64,000 nt of DNA from Hyphochytrium catenoides. Taxonomy: Eukaryota > Protista > Hyphochytriomycota. The stretch lies in contig FLMG01004242.1 in assembly GCA_900088475.1 (NCBI GenBank), positions 62,001 through 126,000 of the forward strand, given 5' to 3'. How positions within the stretch are numbered: position 1 is the stretch's first letter; each line of letters begins with the position of its first letter. This document shows positions 15,001 to 26,829 of this stretch, piece by piece. The translations under genes and the position numbers were made by a program. Below the pieces are notes generated by a model. That model was not told where the DNA came from. It made no database searches and saw only the letters and a list, made by a program, of their open reading frames with translations.

Positions 15001-18000
15001 GCGACCATGTCAGCAGAGGTACCAGGAACGCCATCTTGTCTATGTAGAAGGTCAAGGAGAACAATCCAACAAGAGCAACAGAAAGAGGGAGAGAGGGAGG
15101 CAGGAAGAGAGAGACCCAAGGCACGGATAGCCGCGCGACTTCGTGGCTTGGTATATGTGAAGACTCTTCAAGTACACCTTCGAAAGAGAACGGTCCCGAA
15201 CAGTTTAGTTGAGAACGGGAGTAATAACAGCTAACCTGCTTCATTAAGTTCTTCGCTTCCTCTTCCAGCGCGCCGGCATCCACCTCCGACCAAAGCATCG
15301 CCTTCGAGACTTCAATATAGTTCTGCGTATTCTCGGCCACTTCCCACATAGTCTTTGAGGGCGCACAGACCAATATTCAGTGAGCGAAGGCACAATCGTT
15401 AGTGGTCATGGAGAAAGTACGGGAACTGTTTAGCCTTTTACGATATGATGATGGAGAAGAGGAGAAGTAATGCTGCAATCAAAGGTAGTGAACGCTAATT
15501 CGTAGAGTAGTAGAGCCTGGAAAGTAGAGCGACGGATGAAGGACAACATGTAAAAGTGGCAGTTCCACCTGAAGGTACTCCATTTGCGCCTTCATGTCCT
15601 GCAGGATCTGGTTGCTTTCCGCCATGTGCTGAGGATAGTTAAACATCTTGCAAAGATGTGAATTCTCGTCCGCCACCTTTCGCTCCTTCTCCCAGACCTT
15701 TAGCTGGTTCGCTATTGCAGCGCGGGCTCCCTAGACAGAAGGTTAGGAAAAGATGAAAAAGAGACGCACACCCACAAAGAGGTACCGAGTAAGTCGAAGC
15801 GATCAGTTCAAAAGACAATACAAACGTAACCAGAGCCGACTCGGGAAGAGACGGCTACATTGTCGTCTTAGAGTCGTGTGGGGAGGAATGCCTTTCCCAC
15901 ATGGTTACACAAGAGAGAGTTTGGACAAGAAGTAAGGGCGGACTACGGGGAGCAGCTGAGAGCAATCTTCTACCTTATGCCCACAGCTGTAGCTCCAGAA
16001 TTCTAACTTCTTAAAGTTGTCGTACTTCTTCTTCATTTCTTCTCCGTACTTCTTGATCTTATCTTCAGTGTTCAGACTGTGAAGTTTCACATGCGGGACG
16101 ATGGTGTTCTGAGTGACTGGGACTTGCTTTTGCACCTCCAACCACTGAGATGAGACTGCCTCCAAGGCCGACATCTCTCTCTCTACCCCTATGCCTTGTT
16201 TTTTAATGTATCGAAGAGTAGCGTGGGTTGTGTCCAGGGCGTACTGGATCTTTGCTTTCCTTTCGTCCACACTGTAAAGAACTTCCTGAATCTACACATA
16301 CAAGGAATCGCAGTTATTATAGCGTAGGAAGTCGGGAACAGAATGTGAGATGATCTCATCCTTAGGGGCAGAATAAACATCAACCAGCCACATCATGCAA
16401 ATATATGGCAAAATCACCAATCAATTAGAGAGTAAAAGTAGCAATCTAAAGCATCCCCTATGATCAGAGCCATAACTATGCCAAGGTAAGCAGGAGAAAC
16501 GCAGACTACGAGTAAGCAATAGACTTGAGGAAGCCGTCAATCCTGTGAAGAAAGGAGAGGAGCGACGGTAACAACAGAAGAAGGCAATGGAGGAAGGCAC
16601 ATTTGCTCTTCACCTTGATTAACCCATGCAGATCATCATCGGCAAGGGTCTTCTTGAGCCCTCGAAGGCTGTTCGCGTTGTATTCCTTCGTTTCCTTGGT
16701 CACCTCCTTGATGTGAGAGATAAGGAGAGCGCCGTCCATCATATTAAGCTCTCTATCCTTGTTCTCGTCGAAGGAAGGAAGGAAGGGAGACCCTCGAATC
16801 GGGCCTGCTACCCCGTTGAATGTACCCAGGAACTCAAGTTCAACCTTATAGTCTCCGGCCTTTAGAGGAGTATATGAGACAGCATAGGTTCCGTCCTCTT
16901 TGTCATCCAATTTGAAAGGCAAAGGATCTTTCTCCCCGGGGACGGAGATTGTGATCTTGAACTCATCCCCTCCACAGTCTCTGTCGACGTCATCTTTATC
17001 CCTCATCTGGATGATAAATTGTGTTGGATAGCCAACCGCGCCGCCCTGTAGAAGAAGACGCCAGAAAGTGTTATACACACGAGATAAGTGGATAACAAAG
17101 AAAGCTTAGGATGAGAAGGTTATGGTTAAGGGAAAGAAAAGAAGCACTGTTGCAGCTGCGGCCTAAGGGACTGGCTGTAGAATACTCACTTTCAAAAGGC
17201 CAGGGCCAAATGCGACGCATTTAGATGCCTTAGATACAGCGTGGAACTTAAAGTCAGCCTTGCTGTTGGTCATTGTGTCGCCTGAAAGTATTGGGAATGC
17301 ATTAGCGGTTGATACCTAGGAGTGGTACGAACATCGCGGATGGAGCATGCCAACGTTTTATTCAAAGCTAGAACAAAGAGGGTAAAGAGAGCAGTCTTTC
17401 ATGTCTCACCTTGCAATGACACCCTAACCTCTGCTGTGAGAGGTCCGTACTTGTCAAAGTTCGGCGTAGTAACGCTGATGGTGGTCGCATCCACAGCGGT
17501 CGCCTGTACATCAACGAAACCGCGAGCTACGGCGAACCTCACCGTAGCAGGTCCAGGTGTGAAGTTCTGGCCCTGAATGGTTACCGCAGTGTTCCCTGTA
17601 ACTGCACCAAGAGCAGGCATGACCTACGAGACGCAAGTCAGAGGAGAATAAGGTTGGCGAAGGAGAGCAAGCCGAGGATAGGATAGGACGATTAGCTAAC
17701 TCAGCCGACGTATGTTTTGCCTACCGAAGTGATGCTGTACGGAGGGCCGACGATCTCTCCAACACTGAGTGCACATAGGTCGCCATACCAGCGATTAGCC
17801 CAGCCACCAAAGAGTAGTATGCGGTTTCCTATTATTGTTATGGGAGACATAAAGCAAGTGCAGGAGGGACACTAAGTTCCGAAGGAGAGACGGGAGAGGA
17901 TGAACAAGGAACCTCGATCATACCTTTCTTATCAAAAACCAATTCCGTATCGGAACGTGCCTTCGGGGGCTCTCCAACAATCTTGTGAGAGCGCCAGGTC

Positions 18001-19834
18001 GCACCGGGATAGCAGTCGAGGGTGAGGATGTCATTTAAAAAAGTGCCTGCGAGAGATACATAACCACCGAGTGAGACCCTATTCCTCACCTTCTTTCCCG
18101 TTTCCACCTGTGCTGTCTACTTTGTGGCCCATTCTTACCTTGTGGCTGTGAGGACTCCGCAAGATCACCGCTGTTGCCTCCAAAGCAGAATATTTTCCAG
18201 TGTGGTACAGCCCAAACGCCAAGTGCCGCGTGGTTCCAGCGTGGCTCTTCAAACGCAGCTTGCTCTACCTTCGTCCATGTATGACCTTCAGCCGTGTCAA
18301 GGATGTACAAGTCCCTGATGTAAGGATCGTACAGCAAGAGAAAGAGTAATCGTGAGGAGGTACCCAGAGGAGATTCACAGGCCATGGCATCAGCAAACGA
18401 AAAGGATAAGCTTCCAAGGTCCACAGTCTATTATGGGATACGAAGCCCACATAGGGGTCACATCTTGGGCTTTGGTTAAGGTTAGAAGAAAGGCAAAGCA
18501 ATGGCAGAGGTCAAAGCTTTAAAAACTCTGAGGATCTCACTTGAACTGTTTCACGCTGTTCCATCCGCCAAAGACATAAAGCTTGTTCTCTACGAAGCAA
18601 GCCTTGTGCCCTGACCTGGGATCTGGTGCTTCACCCTAACGATACGAAGAGAAAGATATTTCAGGCCTCTCCTTCTTGCTTCCCCAGCATCCTCTGCTGT
18701 GTCGCTCTGGGAACTATCTACATGGCCGCTGTACCAGTCTCGTCTCGCTCAAACATATCACTCACCGTGGCGTTTATTTGCTCCCATGTCCAGGTCTTGA
18801 CGTCTAATGTGTGCACATCGTTAAAGTCCTTCCGTCCGTATCCAGTGCCCCCGTAGCCTCCAAAGATGTAAAGTTTGGTCCCCAAAAGTGATGCAGAATG
18901 CGAGCCGCGAGGAATAGGGAGGTTAGCCCAGTTTCCTTTCTTGGCAGGCGGTGGCTGCGACCAAGATTTTTCCTTATCGGCAGTGTCCAGCAGCCAGACA
19001 TCTAGGTTTGGGGTTTAGTACCAGAGATTCGTTAGAATATGTAGACTGGATTACTCGGAGGAGGAAATCGACCATCTAAATATCGAGACAAAGAGGTCTA
19101 AGATGAATGGGTCTGAGTCTGACTGAGATTGCCTTTGAAAAGGCAAAGGCGATAGCACCCTCACCATTTAGGCGTGAGTCTTTGGTAAAGCCTCCAAAGA
19201 TTAGGATTTTCCTGTTGTTTATGGCGGTGGCGGTGTGTCTCCATCGTCCTGGGGGCATCTTCTCAGGCGGCCCGCATGATCGCGAGAAGTTTGTCCACGT
19301 CAAATCTAGCGAGGCAGCGGAGTAGAGCAAAGCATTTAGATCTACGCGCTTAGGCCTAAGCGTTATCCTTATCTGTCTTTCCCAGCAAGGCCAGCGGAAA
19401 CATATTTCTTCCTTCTTTCGTCTCTTCTTCTCCTCTTCTGTTCCACATTATCATGAAAGGGGGTCATAGAAAAGTACTCACCAGCTAAAGATAGACGGTA
19501 CAGGTCATTTGTGGGGCCTGGAGGGTGAGAGTGCTCACATCCGCCAAAGAGATACGCATACTGCTGGCCACCCTGTCCCTCTTCAATGACCGTGAAGGTA
19601 TGGCCTGATCGACGGTTTGGTTGATCTCCCTTCCCCTCCACCTGCTCCCATCGCATCTCGATCTCCAAGCCATATCCAACCGGCTAAACAAGGGAAGAGT
19701 CACAGAACCGGGAATAGGAACATGGTTTACAGGAGAGGAGGGTGAAGCAATGAGTACAGATAAGGAAGGGCCAAATGAGTGCTCAGCTTCATAGAGCAAA
19801 ACGTAGCAATGCCTTAACATCATAGTCTTACCAT
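1..19834 (-). CDS. Axonemal outer-arm dynein heavy chain, alpha type (Chlamydomonas ODA11/DHC13-like, Tetrahymena DYH5-like); dozens of introns; 3' end beyond the left edge
   Basis: Exons follow the expected order. Kelch repeats (RSGHTFT...LFGG, RWRHTA...IFGG, PRWNHAA...CFGG) lie at ~19680-17700, IPT/TIG ([12 protein letters not shown]...TTPNF) at ~17620-17200 and filamin (FIIQMRD...GGDEF...[10 protein letters not shown]) at ~17045-16780. The linker has WSYLEPLF and [12 protein letters not shown]1 has [10 protein letters not shown] (~11880), [10 protein letters not shown] and [27 protein letters not shown]2 GPPGSGKS ~10050, AAA3 GPAGTGKT ~8420, AAA4 GVGGSGKQ ~6280. Stalk/MTBD at 4700-2500, AAA5 [12 protein letters not shown] ~2360. 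The start is an ATG-only coding exon at 19834-19832 spliced to 19683. Confidence 0.96.
6889..6941. other. Assembly gap (53 N) inside a dynein exon
   Basis: Run of N between ...LWLHES and [16 protein letters not shown]. Confidence 0.99.
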
Positions 19835-20644
19835 CTTCAGGGACTTTCTCCCTCCTCCAGAGATCCAAGGTCTTCAACCGTTATCTTAGCCAATATCCAG
19901 GGCTACGCAACTGGATACACCACTAAAGCGCACAATCGGTAGACCCAGCTTCAGCCAGCATGTGGCGACGTGGGAACCGGGGTCTGCCTCCTGGATGAGC
20001 GGAATGCTCCTCAGTAGAGCTAGTGGGGGTCCAGAGTGCCTCCGAAGGAGCTAGTGAAGACAATGCCCCGGCTATGAATTTCTGGTTGTGCAGCCGGCCT
20101 CTAAGACAAGAGGCGAAATGATCCTACCTTGACCGCTATCTTGACCCCATTGCCGCTTCTCTTCTCTCTCTCTCACGGTCGCAATGCTCTCTCAGTTCTT
20201 GCTTGGGTCTGTGCGACGGGCGTCCGGAGGCTGCAGTGGTCCAACTGATGAGGGAAGCGAACCGACAGTCGCGAAGAGGCATGCCACCTCCTACTCGTCC
20301 TTAGAGCTACTTGGCCCCACCCACTCTACCTCTTACCGCCTTCTTTTCATTGGAGTTATCAATAGCTCGTAACGACATCCGCTTTACAGTAGTTATCTCA
20401 GAGAATTGATTCCAGTAATCATTTATAGAGATACCCAAACCGTATCGTGGTTGGTTTCCTCCCCAACAGGCCCAAGCACAGTTCTATAGAAATGCACCAG
20501 CTTCGAAGAGCCATCTTGAGCTTCGGCAGCTCGGCAGCTTCTGCCCGCGGCGCATCACATAGGTTGGATGCGCAACAGTAGGACTTATACTGCGGTTGAC
20601 ATATCTACGCTTGGCCGCTGACTATGAACTCCACTGACAAAGCT

Positions 20645-22613
20645 TTACAATAAGTCTGCCAGACGCCAGATGACCAAGCGACCGTCCAAAGCTGACAGGA
20701 TAATAAGTTAGAAGAGGGTAGAGGGTTATGCAAGGGAAGGGTGGCAGGGGGTACACATCATAAAGAAGGTGCTTACATGTGGTGCTGAGCTCTGTCAGGT
20801 TATGGCCTTGCTTAGCATAGACTTGCAAATCTGCGATGAGGTTCTCGTGTTTTCTAAAGTATGGAAACGTGTAAGACAACATGTAAGACACGGTGTCAGG
20901 TTGTTTCATCTCACGTTGAAATAGCAGAGTCAGCCTGGGCCTCATCAGCCGTGACACCTCGGGTTACCTTGGCCGCGAATATATTTCTGGCTGCGTGAGG
21001 ATAGGTTAGTGCTATGAAGGGTTGCGTAGCCAGTCCCAGAGCGTCAGGGGCAAGAGTAGGTCTACAGAAGGAAGTCGTCGTTGGGTTCCATACCAGCATT
21101 AAAGCCTGACTCTCGTCTTGACTGGTTCGCGCTTGAAGCCACAGTCTTGCGATCCAAAAAGGTGGAGAATTGCCTGATATATCGTAAGAATCAACGACTC
21201 AACCCTAGCATACTAACCGGGACCTACCAATATTGACCATTAAATGTAAAAAGTGCCGGATTGAAGTCATGGCCCGCTCCCACTACCTTATCCTCCGTGA
21301 TGAAGTTCAAGGTCAGCAATGGCAGCATCCTGAAGCGAATATTCTATGCCAATAGGTGGGTGCATTAATTGCAAGGTAGTGAGATGAGAATCAGCGGGCA
21401 ATAGGTCTTCCAGTAAGACTCACATAAGCTACAGGAGCCTGACCCGGGGAAGAAAAGTGTGCCACAGTTAGGGAGGAGTCATGCCCTAGAAAGAGCTACG
21501 TTCAGCGGTCTGTTAAAATACAAGGCAGATCAGTACTGCACTTACCTGCAAATGCCAATCGCTGACCCGATGGTGACCAGTTAACAGCCTCAATCCAACC
21601 CTACATGGCCGCAGCGAGGAGAGAGAATAGAAAGATTAGTAAGAGGAAGATAACAGCCATGAGGATGGCAGACCTTGCAGTCAAACTCCGCTAACAACTC
21701 TCCAAACGGGTATGCTTGCCCGAAAGGTCCCCCATCCGGCTTTGTATCAACTTCCTCAATGTAGGCTGAGAAGACTCGCGCCTGGAAGTCACAACCCCCC
21801 GTAGCAATGAGCTGACTATTAGGATGCCAGGCGACATCTAGCACCCTGCTCGGTAAAGGTGACCCGGTTAATTGCCACTAATACCTTTGGGCTCTAAGCA
21901 GCTCCACTTACGTCGATTTATGTTTCTTAATCATCTTGCTAATCCACCAGTCATTCGAAGGTTCATAATGGCACACTGGTACCTTCTTTGCACCGCTGGC
22001 GACAGCAAACTTTGTCCCTAGGCATTTCAGGACCTTTAGAATACCCTGTGACAATCAGTGGCCTATATTCGGACCCTGAGATTTAAAGCTTACCGTCAGG
22101 AGACCATCGAACCTTCATGGCAGCACGGGTGATGCGCAACACCACCAGCGAGGGCTTCCAATTATTGGCTTTGTCAAGGGTCCAGACGAAGGCGTTCCGA
22201 TCATGTGAACAGGACACTATCTTGTTTGTGACAGGTGACCAATCAATGCTACTCACTGTCATATCGTGCTAGTTATACCGAGAAGATTAGTTATGGACAG
22301 CAGAATGCATTTGGACCAAACGCAGTGGTAATGAAGACATCTAGGAATCTGTGCAATGTAGGGTTGGCTAGCATTCACCTCGTCTAAGATCCAAGCCTTC
22401 TTCCACGAGTTTACGTCTGGACTTCGGCATCCAGTGTAGATCCAGATCTGATTATTGTTCGGGCAGACAGCCAACACTGTAGACCGGATGTGCAGCAGCA
22501 AGATCATTGGAACAAGCAAGCAGCCCAGTGAGGGGTTGAAGCGCCTTACTTGACTTATCCGCATTCCAAGCATGGCATGTGATGCCTTCTGGCGTTAAGT
22601 GATAGAGTGACAT
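20645..22613 (-). CDS. ARPC1: Arp2/3 complex subunit 1 (p41-ARC, WD40), multi-exon
   Basis: Spliced reading: [164 protein letters not shown]. The introns checked are GT-AG. Confidence 0.95.
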
Positions 22614-23119
22614 TCTCCACTTTCCAATCTTGTTTCACAACAGGGTTCTAAGATAGACAAACTTGCTCAGCCTGCTGTCAAGCTATAATCTTTGAGCTAT
22701 CACAGACTCTACTACAAACGTTAACCCTTTCCAACGATGCGGAGGATCAGCGGAAGCACAAGGGCTAGCTGTGGAAGTTGAGAACTGGACAGCAGGCGCA
22801 GATTCCAGGCGTCCGACGGCAATAAAAACTGCTTCGCTGTCTGGAAGCTTCATCATTGAGAAACGAACACTCTCTGCGCAGGATTCCATAATGCCGTTAG
22901 CAGCTTCAAAGAAGTCAGGATACTACAGTAGCCGGTACCGGACATGTACAGTAAAGCCCCCCCTTTTCCCATATTGCTGGTATTCTGATTGCTGATTGCT
23001 GTACATTATTCTTAATCCTGCTGTTCCATTATTACGAATAGATAAAAGATATGGACTGAAGTTCCAAGGATCTCACTGAACGCGAAAGTTGAGCCGCGCC
23101 ACCGTCAACAGGGCCAACT

Positions 23120-25180
23120 CCCTACTTCCAGCGACAGCAAAAGAAGCACCATCCTGGGTTCCAAGTGCAAGAGACGAAGCTGGCCCTCCTTTCAGCCTTC
23201 TCCTGGTTGTTGTCGTAGCCCATTCGCCCTCGCCTCACTTTTAGTTTCACCGTCTTATCATCTAACCGGTGGGCGAGGTCTCTAGCTCCTGTGTGCTTTA
23301 AGGGTACTGCCTGTTGGCAAAGCCGATCGTATGACCTTTCGGCATATAACACTCTCTTCCAGAAAAAGGCGTCATCATCTTCCCTCTCGTGAAAGGAAGG
23401 AGGACGCATCTCTGCCAGACGCATCCAGATGTCCTGACCTAGTGCCTCATCCAACGCAGTGGCGTCGTGAAAGTCAACAAAGTCCTCCAGGTCAGCCCGA
23501 TCCCTAGCTTCAGCCAATGGGCGTCGAAGCTCCAGATCGGCAAGGCAATACTGCGGAAGCTTCTCTCCTGCTGTCTGCTGAAAGTTCTTGCATCGTTCTC
23601 GTGCATCTGCCTTATCCTCAAGCCCTTCCCAATCCTTAATGGTCCAGGATGCATACTTGATGAACCCGTACTGGCAAAATAGATATTTAGCAAAAGGCTG
23701 GGACCCCTCCATCCGGGGTAAACCGGAAAGGTGAGTACGACGTGCCAGCATAAGATCGCTGGGTTAGAGTTCCGTTCTTAAGCACGGAGAAGTTCCGGAC
23801 AGACTTGAGAAGGTCAGGTTGATCCAAATCAAGCTCTGGGTAAGAGCCTTCAGCAGTGAGGTCAAAGCATCTCGCCAAATAGCTGAGATGAGTCTGCATG
23901 GCTCGATCTGAATCGGGACACCTCCTTGTCCAACATTTCGTTCTGCTGCTCCTGCTCCTGCTCCTTCTACTCCTCCTCCTCCGTCACCTTCTTCCTCCCC
24001 GCGACCTCCTCTTCCTCGCTGCTCACCATCTTCTTCATCGTAGACTTGGATTGGTGGTGTTACTGGTGCTTCTCTTCATCCTCGTCGTCACCGCTCAGCG
24101 GCTCTCCCATGCTCTGCTGCTGGTTGTCGCCTTCTCATTCCTCCTCCTCCTCCTTCTTCTTCTACTACTGCAGAATCCGCCTTCCGTCCATCTTCAAAGA
24201 TCCCAGCAACTCCTCCTGCTCCATACATGAGCATCTGCTACGATATTGGTACCTCTAAGAAGCTGCTGCGGATTGCGCGTCACTCTAAGAAGCTGCGATA
24301 TTTGGGGCAATGCATTGCAAGGGCTTTTTGAGATTTGTTAAGCAGTCCTTGGACCTGAGCACTCGACCCTTGAGCAAGTTTACCGCGCAATGGTGTTCTC
24401 TAGGCAGTGTATGCAGGTGCTGAGAATATTTGGCGTTGGAGGTCCTCCTTCATCATCCTTATCTCCTCCTGCTCTAGTTAAAAATGGCGCTGTCGGTGCT
24501 CATTGTCTTCATCCAGCTTTCCCTCCTCCTCTTTCTTTTTTTCTCCTCCTTCTCCCTCTCTTCTTCTTACTGCGGCACCTGATTATGACGGCACATAGCT
24601 GTGAGCAGCGTGTCCACATTATTGGCGTCTCTAACACCACTCCCACACGTACTTTCTCTCCAGTTCATCTTTTTCGTCAGGAGTCAAGGCTCTCTCCCCT
24701 TCTTCCCGCCCACTGTTCTCCTCTCTCTCAAGTCTTTGAGATGCCAGAAAGCCTTCATAGACTTTGGCCACAATCTTAACGTAGCCCAGGATGGTTTTGC
24801 ACTTCCATTACGCCATGAGCTTGAATGCCGTACGCTAGCGCCATTCGTACCTATGCCATATACATCATAGTCCAGCACACCCTTGAAAAAACTCTCTGCG
24901 AACTCCTCAAGGCGAATGTAGAAGTACCAGTCTACGTTGATTTTTTATGGTGTTCTTTCTCCTTCTCCTTTGGGTGGCATCTCCGATACCTCCTGGCATC
25001 AGCCGATGAAGGTTTTCCCAGTGATTATCGGCATAACTGAGAGTGAAAAAGAGTGTGCCAGGACCTTTTTGCTCAAATGCCGCTTGGAGCTCTTGTTTCC
25101 GCTGGTGCCGTATACGATGGTGAGCCTGTGACATTGGCCGTGAAGACCGACATGCGGTTCATAACCCTCTCCTACGTCCC
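23120..25180 (-). mobile_element. Decayed Helitron2/Helentron-type RepHel remnant (copy A)
   Basis: Across frameshifts, 25180-24590 reads MSVFTANVTGSPSY..HQRKQELQAAFEQKGPGTLFFTLSYADNHWENLHRLMP..VDWYFYIRLEEF..FFKGVLDY..YEW..RTA.QAHG..NHPGL, i.e. the Helitron_like_N region plus a degenerate HUH motif. 23899-23200 reads ..FCQYGFIKYASW..ERCKNFQQTA..GQDIWMRL, which resembles the Rep-to-helicase linker of the same elements as I recall it (weaker support). Confidence 0.7.
23945..24230. repeat. CT/CCT-rich low-complexity tract (Glu-rich, with stops, on minus strand) interrupting Helitron copy A
   Basis: Runs of ctcctcctc/cttctt, with no sustained minus-strand ORF. Confidence 0.6.
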
Positions 25181-25299
25181 GGTTCCTGTCATACAGTGAC
25201 AAAGAAGGTATGCGGAGTACCTGCGTGGCCGGATCTTCCCAAAGGGGAGTGCCAACGGAGGAAGGAACAGGGCAGCAGGAGGAGGAGAAGAAAAAGCTG

Positions 25300-25907
25300 C
25301 GGATGCAGACTTGTCGATAGAAGAGCTTTAAGAGATGCTTCAAAGCGTGACGTGGAGGACGGTTATGAATCGTATGTCGATCTTACGGCAAACGTCACTG
25401 GCTCATCAGCGCATTGGAACCAGCAAAAACAAGATCTCCAAGCTGCATTTGAGTAGAAAGTTTCTGGCACGCTCTTTTTCACTCTACCTTATGCAGATAA
25501 TCACTGGGATGACCGTCACCGTTTGATGCCAGCACTGTAAACGGGCTCTCCCCTCAAAACTGCCTCACAAGCTACTCAAAAGGTGCTACTGTAATAACCT
25601 GGTACCAATTACGCCTGTAAATCTACTCAAAGGCTGGGTACCCTCACGCCTGTTTAGGCGTAGACTATCAGCTCCCTACTCATCTCTACTCATTGTTGAT
25701 CTCAGCCCTCAAAAGGTGCTCCCAACATACTCAGCGACTTTCAGGAGGTATCAGAGATGCCACGCTAAGGAGGAAGAACAGGATGAAAAATCAACATCTG
25801 GTGGACTGGTACTTCTCCATTCGCCTTGAGGAGTTCATAGAAAGTTTCTTCAAGGGTGTTCTAGACTATAAATGGATATGGCGGCAGCATACGGCCATTC
25901 ATGGCAG
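25300..25907 (+). mobile_element. Second decayed Helitron2-type Rep remnant (copy B), inverted relative to copy A
   Basis: Reads DADLSIEEL*EMLQ..VMNRMSI.TANVTGSSAHWNQQKQDLQAAFE*KVSGTLFFTLPYADNHWDDRHRLMP, then an insertion, then GGIRDATLRRKNRMKNQHLVDWYFSIRLEEFIESFFKGVLDYKWIW..TAIHG. It aligns at DNA level to the reverse complement of ~24810-25180. Confidence 0.8.
25533..25741. mobile_element. 209-bp insertion in Helitron copy B, starting CACTG and flanked by CAG direct repeats
   Basis: Copy A reads ATGCCAGGAGGTATC, whereas copy B reads ATGCCAG-[CACTGTAAAC...GCGACTTT]-CAGGAGGTATC. Internal repeated motifs CTCAAAAGGTGCT (x2) and ACGCCTGT (x2). No matching right TIR. Confidence 0.5.
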
Positions 25908-26735
25908 CAACAAGGAGAGCGAATCGACAGATTAGTAAGAGGAAGATAACAGCCACGAGGATGACAGGCCCTGGAGTCAAACTTTGCTAAGAACCTTCCA
26001 AACCGGAATGCTTGCCCGAAAGGTCCCCCATCCGGCGTGGTATCAACTTCCTCATTGTACAGGTTGAGAAAGACTCGGGCCTGAAAGCCACAACCCGTAG
26101 CGATGAGCTGACTATTAAGGTGCACAGGCGACATCTAGCACCCTGCTCGGTGATGCATTTGGACCAGACGAAGTGAAAATGAAGACATTTAGGAATCTGT
26201 GCAGTGGAGGATTGGCTAGCGCTCAACTCGTCCACGATCCGAGCCTTCTTCCACGAGTTTACGTCTGGACTTCGGCTTCGAGTGTAGATCCAGATTTGAT
26301 TATTGTTCGGGCATACAGCCAACACTGTAGGCCAGGTATGCAGCAGGAAGGTCATTGGAACAAGCAAACAGATCAGCGAGGGGCTGAAGCGCCTTACCTT
26401 GACTTATCCGCATTCCAAGCATGGCATGTGATGCCTTCATTCTGGCGTTAAGTGGTAGGGAGACCATTCTCCTCACGTTCAATCTTGCTCCCAACAGGGT
26501 TCAGCCAAGATAGAAAATTCCCAGCCTGCTGTGAAGCTACGATCCTTTGAGTCTAACACAAACTCCACTACGAATGTTGACACTTACTAACGATGCGGAG
26601 TATCACCGGAAGCAGTGGGGCTAGCTGTGGAAGTTGAGAACTGGACAGGAGCCCAAGATTCCGGAAGTCATGACGGCAACAAAAACGCTTTGACACATAG
26701 AAGCTTCTTCATTGAGAAACGAAAACTCTCTGCAC
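25905..26735 (-). pseudogene. ARPC1: Partial, internally deleted duplicate of the ARPC1 5' half and its upstream region
   Basis: 25908-26151 matches 21610-21854, and 26153-26735 matches ~22305-22880. The ~450 bp between those source segments is missing. Introns are retained, there is a frameshift just after the ATG, and one GT donor is mutated to TT. Confidence 0.92.
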
Positions 26736-26829
26736 ATAATACAAGGATCCCAAAATGTCGTGAGTACCGTTTACAAAGCAAGGTGATATGAACGCGTCGA
26801 TGGCGGCAGTGATGATGTTCCCTAAGGAT

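Noticed and set aside
1-19834. Introner-like repeated introns explaining the high intron density
   Set aside because: The introns inspected share only CT-richness, with no common sequence, TIRs or TSDs; an all-vs-all intron BLAST would be needed to exclude it fully.
22947-22965. TA-CAGTAAAGCCCCCCC resembling a pogo/Tc1 terminus
   Set aside because: I could not find a convincing matching inverted end.
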